A program made the translations under genes and the position numbers. The notes beneath the pieces are model-generated. The model was not told the DNA's origin. It saw nothing but the letters and a program-made list of their open reading frames with translations, and did no database searches. DNA of 63,577 nt from a virus (taxonomy: Duplodnaviria > Caudoviricetes): IMG/VR virus record IMGVR_UViG_3300033183_000158, positions 1 through 63,577 of that record. The stretch is one strand, 5' to 3'. Positions 53,618-63,008 of this stretch are shown here, piece after piece; within the stretch, counting starts at the first letter, position 1; the number at the start of each line of letters is the position of its first letter.

Positions 53618-56600
53618 ATGGCTGACGATAAAATTCTAAATAATGACAATGTTGTTGTCTCTGGAAACCTTGAAGTCTCTGGCGATATTACCGCTTCTGG
53701 AGGGATCAATGGTCTTGACCTAAACAACGGAATTAGTGGTAGCAACTTTAACATCACTGGCGTTAATCAATTAACGATTAACGACCCCGGAGAAGGGATT
53801 GTCTTTTCTGGAACTACCAACCTTTCGTTGGCGGTTACAGATGACGCTTCTGACAACATCCTAAACCTAACCGGAACAAATGCTGTTCTTCAAGTTGGAG
53901 GAAATAAGGTGGCGACAGAGTCTTGGGTTTCAAGTCAGAGCTACATAACAGCCGCGTCTTCTTACAGCTTAACTGGAGATGTATTGGTTACTACGGGTTC
54001 ATTGGCGTTTAGAGGAGATGCTAATATGGGATTCGTGCCATATCCGGGCGGTGGTCAATTTAGAAGCGATTTATCAAGTCATACTGGATACATAAAAATT
54101 GCATTGCCAGACGCTGTTGATACTGGGGATGACATGCTTTCTTTCTGGGTTGATATTTACGACTACTCTACTAATGAAATGGTTAGTGTGTTTGTCGGTG
54201 GATACAACTATACAACTACAAGTACTGGTAATTACTGGGTATCTCCTACCGCTATGGTTTTAGCAAAACAGACTGCTAAAGATTATACGGTAAGATTTGG
54301 ATACGATGGAACACGAAAATACGTTACTATCGGAGATAGCACAACAACATGGTCACATCCATCTATTGTTGTAAGGGACTTCCAAGCTTCGTTTAGAGGG
54401 AACATTACTCAATATAGAGAAGACTTTGTAATTAGTATTTCTAGCGATACCCTTACTGGTATAGATGAAACTGTCTCTGACAACTTCCCTCAAGCCCAAA
54501 ACTCTGATAAACTAGACGGGCAAGACGGCAGTTACTACTTGAATTACAACAACTTTACCAATACCCCGACGCTGGGTACAGCTGCCGCAGCAGCAACATC
54601 TGATTTTGCATCTTCTTCTCACAACCACAACTCTGAATACCTTGCATTGTCTGGAGGCATACTTACCGGGTCTTTGGTATTAAGAGGTCAAGACGATAAC
54701 CACGATGGTCAAGACAGAAGTGGATACTGGGGATACGACGGTAAAGTAGCGTTAGCGCTGGAACCAGCTGGAAATGATGGCTCTGTAGCAATACTTTTCC
54801 CATCTCAAGGAAATAAGCCTTCTGACTTTGCTTACATTGTTTATGATGAAGATTATGGTGAAGCGGGAGTTACGGCTGGAGAAAACTCTGTTCTTATTAT
54901 CGGTTCTGAAAATGATGGTCTTAATTCATCTGACCATGTCCGTGTAAAATCCCGTTTTGTTGTTGAGGCTGATATGTCTTCTTCAGATCCTACGTATGCT
55001 ATGCAAGTCAAGTCTGGAAACGTAACAACAGATTTGTTTTCAGTTAAAAGAGATGGAAATGTATATATAGGAACGGCAAACCTAACGGCAACTAAAGTTG
55101 GCAACTGGGACACTGCTTATGGTTGGGGAAACCACGGAAGCGCTGGTTACCTTACTACTGTAGCGTTCTCAGACCTTACATCTAAGCCCACTACACTTTC
55201 TGGATACGGAATTATTGATGGTGTTAGCTTAGGTACTGATAATATATTTACCGGAAACAACGAGTTTGAAGGAGATTTACTTAGAACAAACCAGCGTATA
55301 AACAATAATCAAGAATATCCTTTAGGTCACTATACTCCGGGTGAAACTGTATTTGAGCTTGACCCTACTTGGAGCAACAGAGAGTTGCGTCAATACTTTG
55401 CTAACGATAATGTAAGCTGGGACCAAGTAGCAAACGCTCCGGGCGGATATGCTGTTTATATTGACGGAAGTGTTAGTGTGGGCGGCGCGTATAGTTCTGG
55501 ATTCCCATTCATTCCTATTGACCAAGACGCTACCTATTATATGGAGTGTTGGATTAAGAACGCAGGTACTGCTCAAGGTCACTACATGGGGTCTATAGAC
55601 TACGAAGCAGACTTTACTTATCCTTCAAGCGGTTCTGGTAATCCGGGTAGTTATGGATACTGGGTAATGTCTAATTACACCAGTGCTGCAGAATGGACAA
55701 AAGTTAGTGGGTACATTACTGGACACCACAACAACACTGCCGGTTATTTTGAGACAGATGCAACTTATTGGACACCACAAGCACTGTTTAATTACAGCGC
55801 TGGTACTGGAACTCGTGCTTGTTGGATTTCTGGATGGAAGGTTATTCGTGTAGACCATGTCGGGGATAGAATATTCCAAGACAAGGTTACGTTTAAAGAC
55901 GAGATAAACTTTGATGTTTCAGCTGGTGTAACAAACTCTCACGCTAAAATTGTATACGGACAGTCTCCAAGTCCAGACGGCTCTCTAAATGGCTTAGGGC
56001 AAGTTGCTAACTATGGGGCAGATGGCTACGGTCTATTGTTACACGTTGGTTACGGAGAATCTGATAATGGTGGTATCAAGATTACCGATGACGGTGTAAT
56101 GGTGTGGGGCGCTTCTGATGAAAACGTATTTACAGTTATTGATGAAGACGGAAGAAACGAGAGGTTCAGAATTGACAATAGCGGCAACGCTACTATCAGC
56201 GGGAACCTAACCACAAACGGATATATTACGAACACTGGTGGTGCTAAAATAAACGTACAGAATCAACAAGACGGTGGTACTGGACGTGGTATATATATGT
56301 GGGATGACACAGATACAAACTGGGTTATCTACATGGCTCAAGCGGGAGATGGCAAGGCTGCTGATGGAGGTTCTGCTGTTGGAGGTATTGACGGTACTAC
56401 TCAACACGCTATTCGTTTTAGGGTAAACGATAATGGAAACCAATCTGGGTTTATTTGGGAAAACTCCAATGACGAGGCGTTAATGCAAGTCACTGGTGAT
56501 ACTGGGGATGTATATGCACGAAGTGCTATATATCCTTCTAACCAAACAACAGACTTTGTTAGTTCTACCCGTATCCAAAACTGGCAGACTGCATACGGAT

Positions 56601-58222
56601 GGGGTAATCACGGAAGCGCTGGATATTTAACAGCGTTACCGACACACGACCACGATGATTTATATCATAAGTTAGATTTCGGCACTATCACTGGAGCGCA
56701 CCAAACTGACGCAAAAAGTGGTACTTGGACTGGAGGCGCTGGAACGTCTTGGGGTAACTATAAGCCCGGTGATGATTCAAGTGCTGGTTCATACTACAAT
56801 GACGGTACTGGGTACGCTCAATACAATATTCCAAGTGGATATACTACTGCGTACATTGGTCAGTTGAAATGGTCAAGCGGTGGTTACTTTGATGTGTACG
56901 CTGTTGACTCTAATGGAAACTTAGTGCTAAGAGGTCGTTACATGTCTCTACAGAGTATAGAGAATAGCAACCACAACGGAAACCACGACTACCAGCAAAT
57001 CATTAAGATTTCTGGTCTTGATGGATTTAGCGCTATACGTATTCAAAACCGTACTGGTCGTTTGCACCTACAAGGTATTGGATGGACGAAAGAAGAGGAT
57101 ACTGATAGTACAGCTGATGCTTTGTCACACTGGGACTTGATTTACGGTAAGCCTTCTACATTTGCTCCTTCAAGCCACTCACACTCTGCCGCAACAACAT
57201 CAGCAGCTGGGTTTATGTCTTCTACAGACAAGAGTAAGTTGGATGGTATTGCAAGTGGTGCTGAGGTTAATGTCCAGTCTGATTGGAATGCTACAACCGG
57301 AGATTCGTTTATACAAAATAAGCCTACAACATTCCCTCCATCTTCACACAACCACAATGGTCTTTACTACACAGAGGAAGAAGTTGAACTTGCTCTTGCT
57401 AGAATAAATGGATGGGAAGCTGGATATGGAAGTGGAACTGCTTCTAACATTAGATGGGACTTTGGTGAAGAAGCTTTAAGGCTAAAGAATGATATTGATA
57501 CTTCTATCGGTGCTGTTTATAAAGCGGTATGGATGGAAGCCGGTGAGACTAAGCGTTGGACTGTAATGATTAAAGGTTCACAAGTCACTACCAATGGTAT
57601 GTACATAAGATTGTATCAACATGACGGTAATTTGCCAGACGGAAAAACTCACGTATCAAATGATGCACAAGGCACGTTTGTACAAGAAGATGATAGAAGC
57701 GATACCGGTTGGTACGAAAACGGTGCTATCTCTAATAGCTGGACAGTATTTGAAAGAGAGTACAAAGCTCCTGTAGCCGGTTATGTAAGTTTAGTAGTTC
57801 TTAACTGGACGGGCAATGGAACAGAACCTTTGTTTATTAAGACTCCAGATATACAGACTGTATACGCTAAAGTTGATTCTGGATCTATAGGCATTACAGA
57901 ATTAGCTGTTAGTGATGGAACAAGTGGACAAGTGCTTACTACAAATGGTAGCGGTACACTTTCGTTTAGCACAGTTAGTAGTGGAAGCACTTACACAGCT
58001 GGTAGTGGTCTTGATTTAAGCGGTGGGGCATTTAGCGTTGAAGCAGACTTGCGTGATGGTATTAGTCACATTGGTAGAGACTCTAACAACTACATTACAT
58101 TTGATTCAACCAATGGTCGTATAGACTTCTATGCTGGTGGTAATTTTGTGGCTCGTATGGAGTCTGATGGTGATTTACATATTAAAGGCGATGTTATCGC
58201 ATTCTCAACACTATTTGCATAA
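53618..58222 (+). CDS. Tail fibre protein 2 with carbohydrate-binding-like modules
   Basis: TAYGWGNH repeats, HxH motifs, AGFMS-DKSKLDGI-VQSDW, aromatic-rich beta-sandwich segments. Confidence 0.85.
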   Translation: MADDKILNNDNVVVSGNLEVSGDITASGGINGLDLNNGISGSNFNITGVNQLTINDPGEGIVFSGTTNLSLAVTDDASDNILNLTGTNAVLQVGGNKVATESWVSSQSYITAASSYSLTGDVLVTTGSLAFRGDANMGFVPYPGGGQFRSDLSSHTGYIKIALPDAVDTGDDMLSFWVDIYDYSTNEMVSVFVGGYNYTTTSTGNYWVSPTAMVLAKQTAKDYTVRFGYDGTRKYVTIGDSTTTWSHPSIVVRDFQASFRGNITQYREDFVISISSDTLTGIDETVSDNFPQAQNSDKLDGQDGSYYLNYNNFTNTPTLGTAAAAATSDFASSSHNHNSEYLALSGGILTGSLVLRGQDDNHDGQDRSGYWGYDGKVALALEPAGNDGSVAILFPSQGNKPSDFAYIVYDEDYGEAGVTAGENSVLIIGSENDGLNSSDHVRVKSRFVVEADMSSSDPTYAMQVKSGNVTTDLFSVKRDGNVYIGTANLTATKVGNWDTAYGWGNHGSAGYLTTVAFSDLTSKPTTLSGYGIIDGVSLGTDNIFTGNNEFEGDLLRTNQRINNNQEYPLGHYTPGETVFELDPTWSNRELRQYFANDNVSWDQVANAPGGYAVYIDGSVSVGGAYSSGFPFIPIDQDATYYMECWIKNAGTAQGHYMGSIDYEADFTYPSSGSGNPGSYGYWVMSNYTSAAEWTKVSGYITGHHNNTAGYFETDATYWTPQALFNYSAGTGTRACWISGWKVIRVDHVGDRIFQDKVTFKDEINFDVSAGVTNSHAKIVYGQSPSPDGSLNGLGQVANYGADGYGLLLHVGYGESDNGGIKITDDGVMVWGASDENVFTVIDEDGRNERFRIDNSGNATISGNLTTNGYITNTGGAKINVQNQQDGGTGRGIYMWDDTDTNWVIYMAQAGDGKAADGGSAVGGIDGTTQHAIRFRVNDNGNQSGFIWENSNDEALMQVTGDTGDVYARSAIYPSNQTTDFVSSTRIQNWQTAYGWGNHGSAGYLTALPTHDHDDLYHKLDFGTITGAHQTDAKSGTWTGGAGTSWGNYKPGDDSSAGSYYNDGTGYAQYNIPSGYTTAYIGQLKWSSGGYFDVYAVDSNGNLVLRGRYMSLQSIENSNHNGNHDYQQIIKISGLDGFSAIRIQNRTGRLHLQGIGWTKEEDTDSTADALSHWDLIYGKPSTFAPSSHSHSAATTSAAGFMSSTDKSKLDGIASGAEVNVQSDWNATTGDSFIQNKPTTFPPSSHNHNGLYYTEEEVELALARINGWEAGYGSGTASNIRWDFGEEALRLKNDIDTSIGAVYKAVWMEAGETKRWTVMIKGSQVTTNGMYIRLYQHDGNLPDGKTHVSNDAQGTFVQEDDRSDTGWYENGAISNSWTVFEREYKAPVAGYVSLVVLNWTGNGTEPLFIKTPDIQTVYAKVDSGSIGITELAVSDGTSGQVLTTNGSGTLSFSTVSSGSTYTAGSGLDLSGGAFSVEADLRDGISHIGRDSNNYITFDSTNGRIDFYAGGNFVARMESDGDLHIKGDVIAFSTLFA

Positions 58223-59184
58223 TGGCTATAGGAACGGGACAAGTTAAAATGTCGGAGATACGTTCAGAGTTGCTTCCGGGCAACACTGAACCCGACCTTA
58301 GTTTAAAAAATTGTTCAGACGGGACTCTTGCTACTATTAACCAGAATAGTACGAGTAAACCCGACGGGAGTGAACCTCATGCTATGTCGGAATTTAAAGG
58401 GTATGACCATAGCGCTGCTCCAGCATATTCAAACACTAAGTTTTATAGAAACGATGGTACTGGGGATTATGTAAACGGAACAACATCTACGTCTCCGTTT
58501 AGTATTAGTAGTTCTCAAGACCTTACAGTTTCTATGTGGGTTAGACCTCAGAACACCTCATCACAGAATCACATGATGATAAACTTTGGTAATACCAATG
58601 CAAATGGTAACAACCGTATGTTTATCAGTTACACTGCTAATGTAAACCGTATACTTACACGTTATCGTTCTAACTCTGTGAACTTTGATGTACAGTGGGC
58701 AATACACGATAATAGTACAGCTACGGGTATTTCTAACTCTACTCCAGCGTGGAGCGCCAGCAATAGAGGAAACACTAATGGCGACGGCTGGATAATGATT
58801 ACAATGACATATGATGCGTCTCAAAGCACCGGAAGTGCTGCTTTTGATTTGTATTGGAATGCTACAGCTTTTACTAGTCAAGCTACCTCTGCAAATGGAA
58901 CAAGAACTACTATGAATGCAACAAAGCTGCGTATTGGCGAAAACCTTAATCAAACCAACTCTGGTGGTAACGCATACATGGACTTTGATGAGATTAAGAT
59001 TTATAACCGAGTGCTGTCTGCATCTGAAATAAGTACGCTGTATAATAGCGGAACTATAGCAGACTCTTCTCAAACAGTATCAAGCGGCTTGATTACTGAG
59101 TGGTCGTTTGATGGAGGTAATGCTAACGATTCAAACAGCAAGTACACGGGAAGTATTGTTAACGGAACAACTGTAAATTACTAA
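58222..59184 (+). CDS. LamG/concanavalin A-like domain protein
   Basis: LTVSMWV, WIMITMTYD, FDEIKIYNRVLSASEISTLYN. Confidence 0.85.
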   Translation: MAIGTGQVKMSEIRSELLPGNTEPDLSLKNCSDGTLATINQNSTSKPDGSEPHAMSEFKGYDHSAAPAYSNTKFYRNDGTGDYVNGTTSTSPFSISSSQDLTVSMWVRPQNTSSQNHMMINFGNTNANGNNRMFISYTANVNRILTRYRSNSVNFDVQWAIHDNSTATGISNSTPAWSASNRGNTNGDGWIMITMTYDASQSTGSAAFDLYWNATAFTSQATSANGTRTTMNATKLRIGENLNQTNSGGNAYMDFDEIKIYNRVLSASEISTLYNSGTIADSSQTVSSGLITEWSFDGGNANDSNSKYTGSIVNGTTVNY

Positions 59185-59309
59185 TGGTATACTCTGTAGA
59201 ACCTTATTTGGAAGACGAAAGCGTCTGGGAAGTGCTAGAAGACTACATTCCAGTTTTCTGGGGAACTCAAGAAGAATGTCAAGCATATGTTGACAATTTG
59301 GCACAATAA
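59184..59309 (+). CDS. Small acidic protein (41 aa)
   Basis: TAATG coupling; MVYSVEPYLEDESVWEV... Confidence 0.5.
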   Translation: MVYSVEPYLEDESVWEVLEDYIPVFWGTQEECQAYVDNLAQ

Positions 59310-59329
59310 ACAGAATTGTATTATATTTG
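59297..59329 (+). promoter_or_regulatory. Bacteroidota primary-sigma promoter
   Basis: TTTG (59297-59300), 21-nt spacer, TATATTTG (59322-59329). Confidence 0.65.
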
Positions 59330-59360
59330 AAATACTTAATTAAGTTAAAGAATAATTATT

Positions 59361-59615
59361 ATGGCTAAGGCTAAAAAAATCACACAGGAAGAGCTGCAAG
59401 CAGTTCAAGGAGCAGTAAACAACATTAACAACCTGTATATGGCAGTAGGTCGTGCAATGATTGCTATGATGCAAAACAAGCAGGAGCTAGAGTCTTTAGA
59501 ACTAGCACTACAAGCAGAGCAAAAAACGCTTGAAGACAAGTACGGTTCTATTACTATTAACCTGTCTACAGGGGAGTATGAAGAAGCTGCCCAAGAAGCT
59601 GAAGTTGCAGAGTAA
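59361..59615 (+). CDS. Small coiled-coil protein (fibre chaperone-like)
   Basis: LEDKYG-ITINLSTGEY ending. Confidence 0.6.
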   Translation: MAKAKKITQEELQAVQGAVNNINNLYMAVGRAMIAMMQNKQELESLELALQAEQKTLEDKYGSITINLSTGEYEEAAQEAEVAE

Positions 59616-59654
59616 TGTGGTATACAACGGCAACATTTAAATGGAAGATAAACT

Positions 59655-60110
59655 ATGAACTTACGTGTAGTTAGATACAATTCTTCCGACGATTTTACAC
59701 TTGGAATGCTTCTCGATGAAACAAACGGGAAGCATTTCTTGTGTTATACATTGGAGGATGAACACAGAGAAACTAAAGTAAAGCATGAGACTAGAATCCC
59801 TGCAGGTACATACAAGATCACATTACGTACTGTAGGAGGTTTTCATTCTAGATACTCTGCTAAATATGGAGACATGCATAAGGGTATGCTATGGGTGCGC
59901 GATGTACCTGGCTTTGAGTATATCCTTATTCATACTGGTAATACAGACGAGCACACAAGCGGTTGCTTGCTCGTAGGTAGTACATCAGACGTAAAAGGAT
60001 TTGTAGGAGGATCTGTAACAGCTTACAAAAAGATCTATCCTCCGATAGCAGCAGCTTTAGAAAACGGAGAAGAAGTAACAATAACGTACGAAGACTACGA
60101 TACAGTCTGA
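59655..60110 (+). CDS. DUF5675 family putative endolysin
   Basis: TLG, CYTLED, IPAGTY, VPGFEYILIHTGN-HTSGCLLVG. Confidence 0.85.
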   Translation: MNLRVVRYNSSDDFTLGMLLDETNGKHFLCYTLEDEHRETKVKHETRIPAGTYKITLRTVGGFHSRYSAKYGDMHKGMLWVRDVPGFEYILIHTGNTDEHTSGCLLVGSTSDVKGFVGGSVTAYKKIYPPIAAALENGEEVTITYEDYDTV

Positions 60111-60115
60111 AACAA

Positions 60116-60373
60116 ATGAGAAAATTCTTATATAATATAAAAAGCTTACCTATGAAATTTGCATCTATCTTTAAAGACAACAACGATTGGAATGAGAAAA
60201 CCATTATTGGATTCTTATCGTTTGCTGTTATGGTAATTGTCATGATTGCAGATGTAGTTAGCGGTGCAGTAGGAAAGGATCTAGTTATTAATGAGTTTAC
60301 TTATGACTCGTTTACCCTTATTTGTTTGGGTAGCTTTGGCATAGCAGGACTCGAAAAATTCGCAAAGAAATGA
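60116..60373 (+). CDS. Putative holin
   Basis: Two hydrophobic helices and a basic C-terminus; next to the endolysin. Confidence 0.65.
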   Translation: MRKFLYNIKSLPMKFASIFKDNNDWNEKTIIGFLSFAVMVIVMIADVVSGAVGKDLVINEFTYDSFTLICLGSFGIAGLEKFAKK

Positions 60374-60525
60374 AAATCAAGAACGGTTGGAAAGTAACCA
60401 ACAAGCAAGGAGACAAAGTAATGATCAAGATGCGCTTTGGCATTGTCACAGTGTTTGATCTTAACATGGACTTCGGCGCAAGCCGTTACTCGTTAACATT
60501 GTTTAACTACATTATTAGATTCTAA
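60370..60525 (+). CDS. Hypothetical protein (51 aa)
   Basis: ATGA overlap with the holin; MKIKNGWKVTNKQGDK... Confidence 0.55.
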   Translation: MKIKNGWKVTNKQGDKVMIKMRFGIVTVFDLNMDFGASRYSLTLFNYIIRF

Positions 60526-60527
60526 TA

Positions 60528-60863
60528 ATGAAGGAGCGGATAGGAGATGTTCTTATCGCTCTAGCAGTGGGCGTATTACTGGGATATTTTATGTTCCAGC
60601 GCCCAGCCTCTGAGGAGATAGTATTTCCTGAAAACACTATAGACTCGTTACAGAATGAGATTACAAAGCTTACTTACGAAATAGTTGCTTATAGAGAAAT
60701 AATAGACTCTCTATCGTATCAGATTAGTATTGCAGATTCTTCTGCAGAGCAACTAAAAACTAGATATCATGAGAAGACTTCTGTTATTACTACTCTTTCT
60801 ACTGACAGCCTCGCCTCTATACTGTCAGACAGATACGATATATTTAGCTTTTCCCCGTACTAG
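60528..60863 (+). CDS. Inner-membrane spanin-like protein
   Basis: N-terminal transmembrane helix followed by a coiled coil. Confidence 0.55.
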   Translation: MKERIGDVLIALAVGVLLGYFMFQRPASEEIVFPENTIDSLQNEITKLTYEIVAYREIIDSLSYQISIADSSAEQLKTRYHEKTSVITTLSTDSLASILSDRYDIFSFSPY

Positions 60864-61158
60864 TCTCGAGCAGATTGTGTTAGATCTGCACAGACTGGAT
60901 TATCTTGAAGAAGCGCGCGACATTGATAGCATAAAAATTGCTATCTTTGCTGAGCAGCTATCTTATAAAGATTCTATTATACATAAACAGGAGAGCCAAG
61001 CAGTGCTATGTGATAGTATACAAGCACAATACAAGGCTCGTGAAGAGGTGTTTATAGCAGAGCAGAAGGTGCTACGTCGTGAGACTACGATCGTTAAAGC
61101 ACAAAGAAATATTATTAGCCTTTCGGGGATTGCTGCAATAATACTTTTGCTCTTATGA
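60769..61158 (+). CDS. Spanin-like partner (signal peptide, coiled coil, C-terminal TM)
   Basis: MRRLLLLLLFLLTASPLYC-Q; overlaps the previous gene. Confidence 0.55.
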   Translation: MRRLLLLLLFLLTASPLYCQTDTIYLAFPRTSLEQIVLDLHRLDYLEEARDIDSIKIAIFAEQLSYKDSIIHKQESQAVLCDSIQAQYKAREEVFIAEQKVLRRETTIVKAQRNIISLSGIAAIILLLL

Positions 61159-61787
61159 CTTTAAATGAGATTGTATATAACCTTGCAGACATTGTAGGCA
61201 AACAAGACGTACCACACTTTGTAGAGCGTCTTAAGTTTAATGTTATGTACTACCGTGCTCTTTTGATCCGTAGGGATCAGGAGCGCAATAGCTATTTACC
61301 TGAGCAGTTCATGCAGAGCTTCTGTATGGAGATGGAGAAGGTAGATGCATCACAGTGTTGTGATATTAAAGTTGATTGTATCATCATGAAGAGCAAGAAA
61401 AAGCTTCCGTCTCCTATTAGACTAAAGAACGGTAGCCCTCTTGCATATGTGGGTACAATCGATAACTTAAAATCATATGCGCCTATGAGTGTAGGCGAGT
61501 TGCCTTTTGTAAGTAGCAGCACCTTTACAGGAAAGATTGCTCGCTACTTTGTGCAAGAAGAATACTTGTACATCATTAACGCAAAGCCTTTGAAGGTAAA
61601 TGTTAAAGGCATCTTTGAAGACCCCAGAGATTTATTAGAGTTTGATTGTGATGGAGATTGCTACAGCGATGACAATGCTTTTCCTATCACTGCAGATATG
61701 GTACAAAGAATAACGCAGTCATTATTAGCAGGTGAGTTACGTATGCTTACTCCGGATGATGGCGGAGAAGTAAAAGTGAATGAATAA
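61155..61787 (+). CDS. Ring/tail protein (crAss type)
   Basis: TLNEIVY, GIFEDP, FPI motifs. Confidence 0.7.
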   Translation: MTLNEIVYNLADIVGKQDVPHFVERLKFNVMYYRALLIRRDQERNSYLPEQFMQSFCMEMEKVDASQCCDIKVDCIIMKSKKKLPSPIRLKNGSPLAYVGTIDNLKSYAPMSVGELPFVSSSTFTGKIARYFVQEEYLYIINAKPLKVNVKGIFEDPRDLLEFDCDGDCYSDDNAFPITADMVQRITQSLLAGELRMLTPDDGGEVKVNE

Positions 61788-62214
61788 GTACGCAGTAAAA
61801 GACATGTACAAAGAATACAAGGAGCAGCATCCTGATAGCGATGTTACCTATTCTTTGTTTAGTCACTACATAGAGAGATTTAACAAGAAGATTATTGAGA
61901 AGGTGCTAGAGGGCAAAACGTTTTACTTTGGTCATAACCTAGGGTCGATCAGAATAAAGCGCGTACAACGCAACTTTAGCAAGCCTACAATAGATTGGTT
62001 TGAGACAAACAAACTAAAAGCTCAGGGCATCAATCAGCACGTGTACTACACGGATGAGTATTGGTACCGATGGTACTGGGATAAGTACAGAGCTAAAGTA
62101 AAAAACAAAGCCGCATACAGATTTGAGCCTACTAAAGGACCTAACGGTGCTAAGAAACAATTGATACGATTACTAAAGACGGATGAATTTTCGCATTTAA
62201 ACTTTAAGGAATGA
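61780..62214 (+). CDS. Second IHF-like protein
   Basis: LGSIRIKR, IDWFETNK, YRFEPT. Confidence 0.65.
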   Translation: MNKYAVKDMYKEYKEQHPDSDVTYSLFSHYIERFNKKIIEKVLEGKTFYFGHNLGSIRIKRVQRNFSKPTIDWFETNKLKAQGINQHVYYTDEYWYRWYWDKYRAKVKNKAAYRFEPTKGPNGAKKQLIRLLKTDEFSHLNFKE

Positions 62215-63008
62215 TCTATAAAACGATTTCTTCAAAGGCTGTTATACAAAAGGTGTTTCGTGATTTGAAACCCTCGGACACCTCATGGACTAATGATGCT
62301 GTAGAGTGGATTGGTGAGGCTCTAGATTTTATTGGTTATCATGCAGGCTTTGAGAAGCGTGTAAAAAAGATAGCCGTAGAAAATTACAGAGCTGAGATCC
62401 CTTGTGACTTGTACCAGCTTTTTGCTGTAGAGTACAAAGGTAGCCCACTACGCTATGGCAGTGATCTTACTGCTTATGATCAAGACCGTACTACAAACAT
62501 GTCGCCACTTGGTACTGAAAGTGACAGTACTGTGGCTCGCTTTGAGACTACTCCGGGCACAATACAAAACTCGCCGACGGGTAAAAGCACGTTTGCGCAA
62601 ACAAAAAGCACGGTTAACCGAAAAGAAACCGGGGACTACTACGTAATTAATCCTAACTACGTAGTCACTTCCTTCGAAGAGGGAAGTATCAAACTACACT
62701 ATGACGGCTATCCGTTAGATGATTGTGGGTTTCCTATGATTCCTGACAACATCTATTACAAGCAGGCGTTAGAGTGGTACATCATTCGACAAATGATGAT
62801 GGGCGGCTACAAAAATGAAAACTTCAACTGGGCTGTAGCAGATCAGCAGTGGAAGCGTTATTGTGTCGCCGCGCAAAATGATGCTGCATACCCATCGATT
62901 GACAAAATGGAATCGTTTAAGAACATGTGGGTTCGACTGGTACCGCAGATCAATGCGCATGCAGACTTCTTTATGGGAAATGAAACTCAAGAGAGACTTA
63001 GACGATGA
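62211..63008 (+). CDS. Tail tubular/ring protein
   Basis: EWIGEAL, IPCDL, TSFEEG, GFPMIPDN, ALEWYI. Confidence 0.75.
   Translation: MIYKTISSKAVIQKVFRDLKPSDTSWTNDAVEWIGEALDFIGYHAGFEKRVKKIAVENYRAEIPCDLYQLFAVEYKGSPLRYGSDLTAYDQDRTTNMSPLGTESDSTVARFETTPGTIQNSPTGKSTFAQTKSTVNRKETGDYYVINPNYVVTSFEEGSIKLHYDGYPLDDCGFPMIPDNIYYKQALEWYIIRQMMMGGYKNENFNWAVADQQWKRYCVAAQNDAAYPSIDKMESFKNMWVRLVPQINAHADFFMGNETQERLRR

Noticed and set aside
50141-59184. Diversity-generating retroelement acting on the fibres
   Set aside because: No reverse transcriptase is in the window and I saw no repeat pair differing only at adenines; the repeats differ mostly at synonymous sites.
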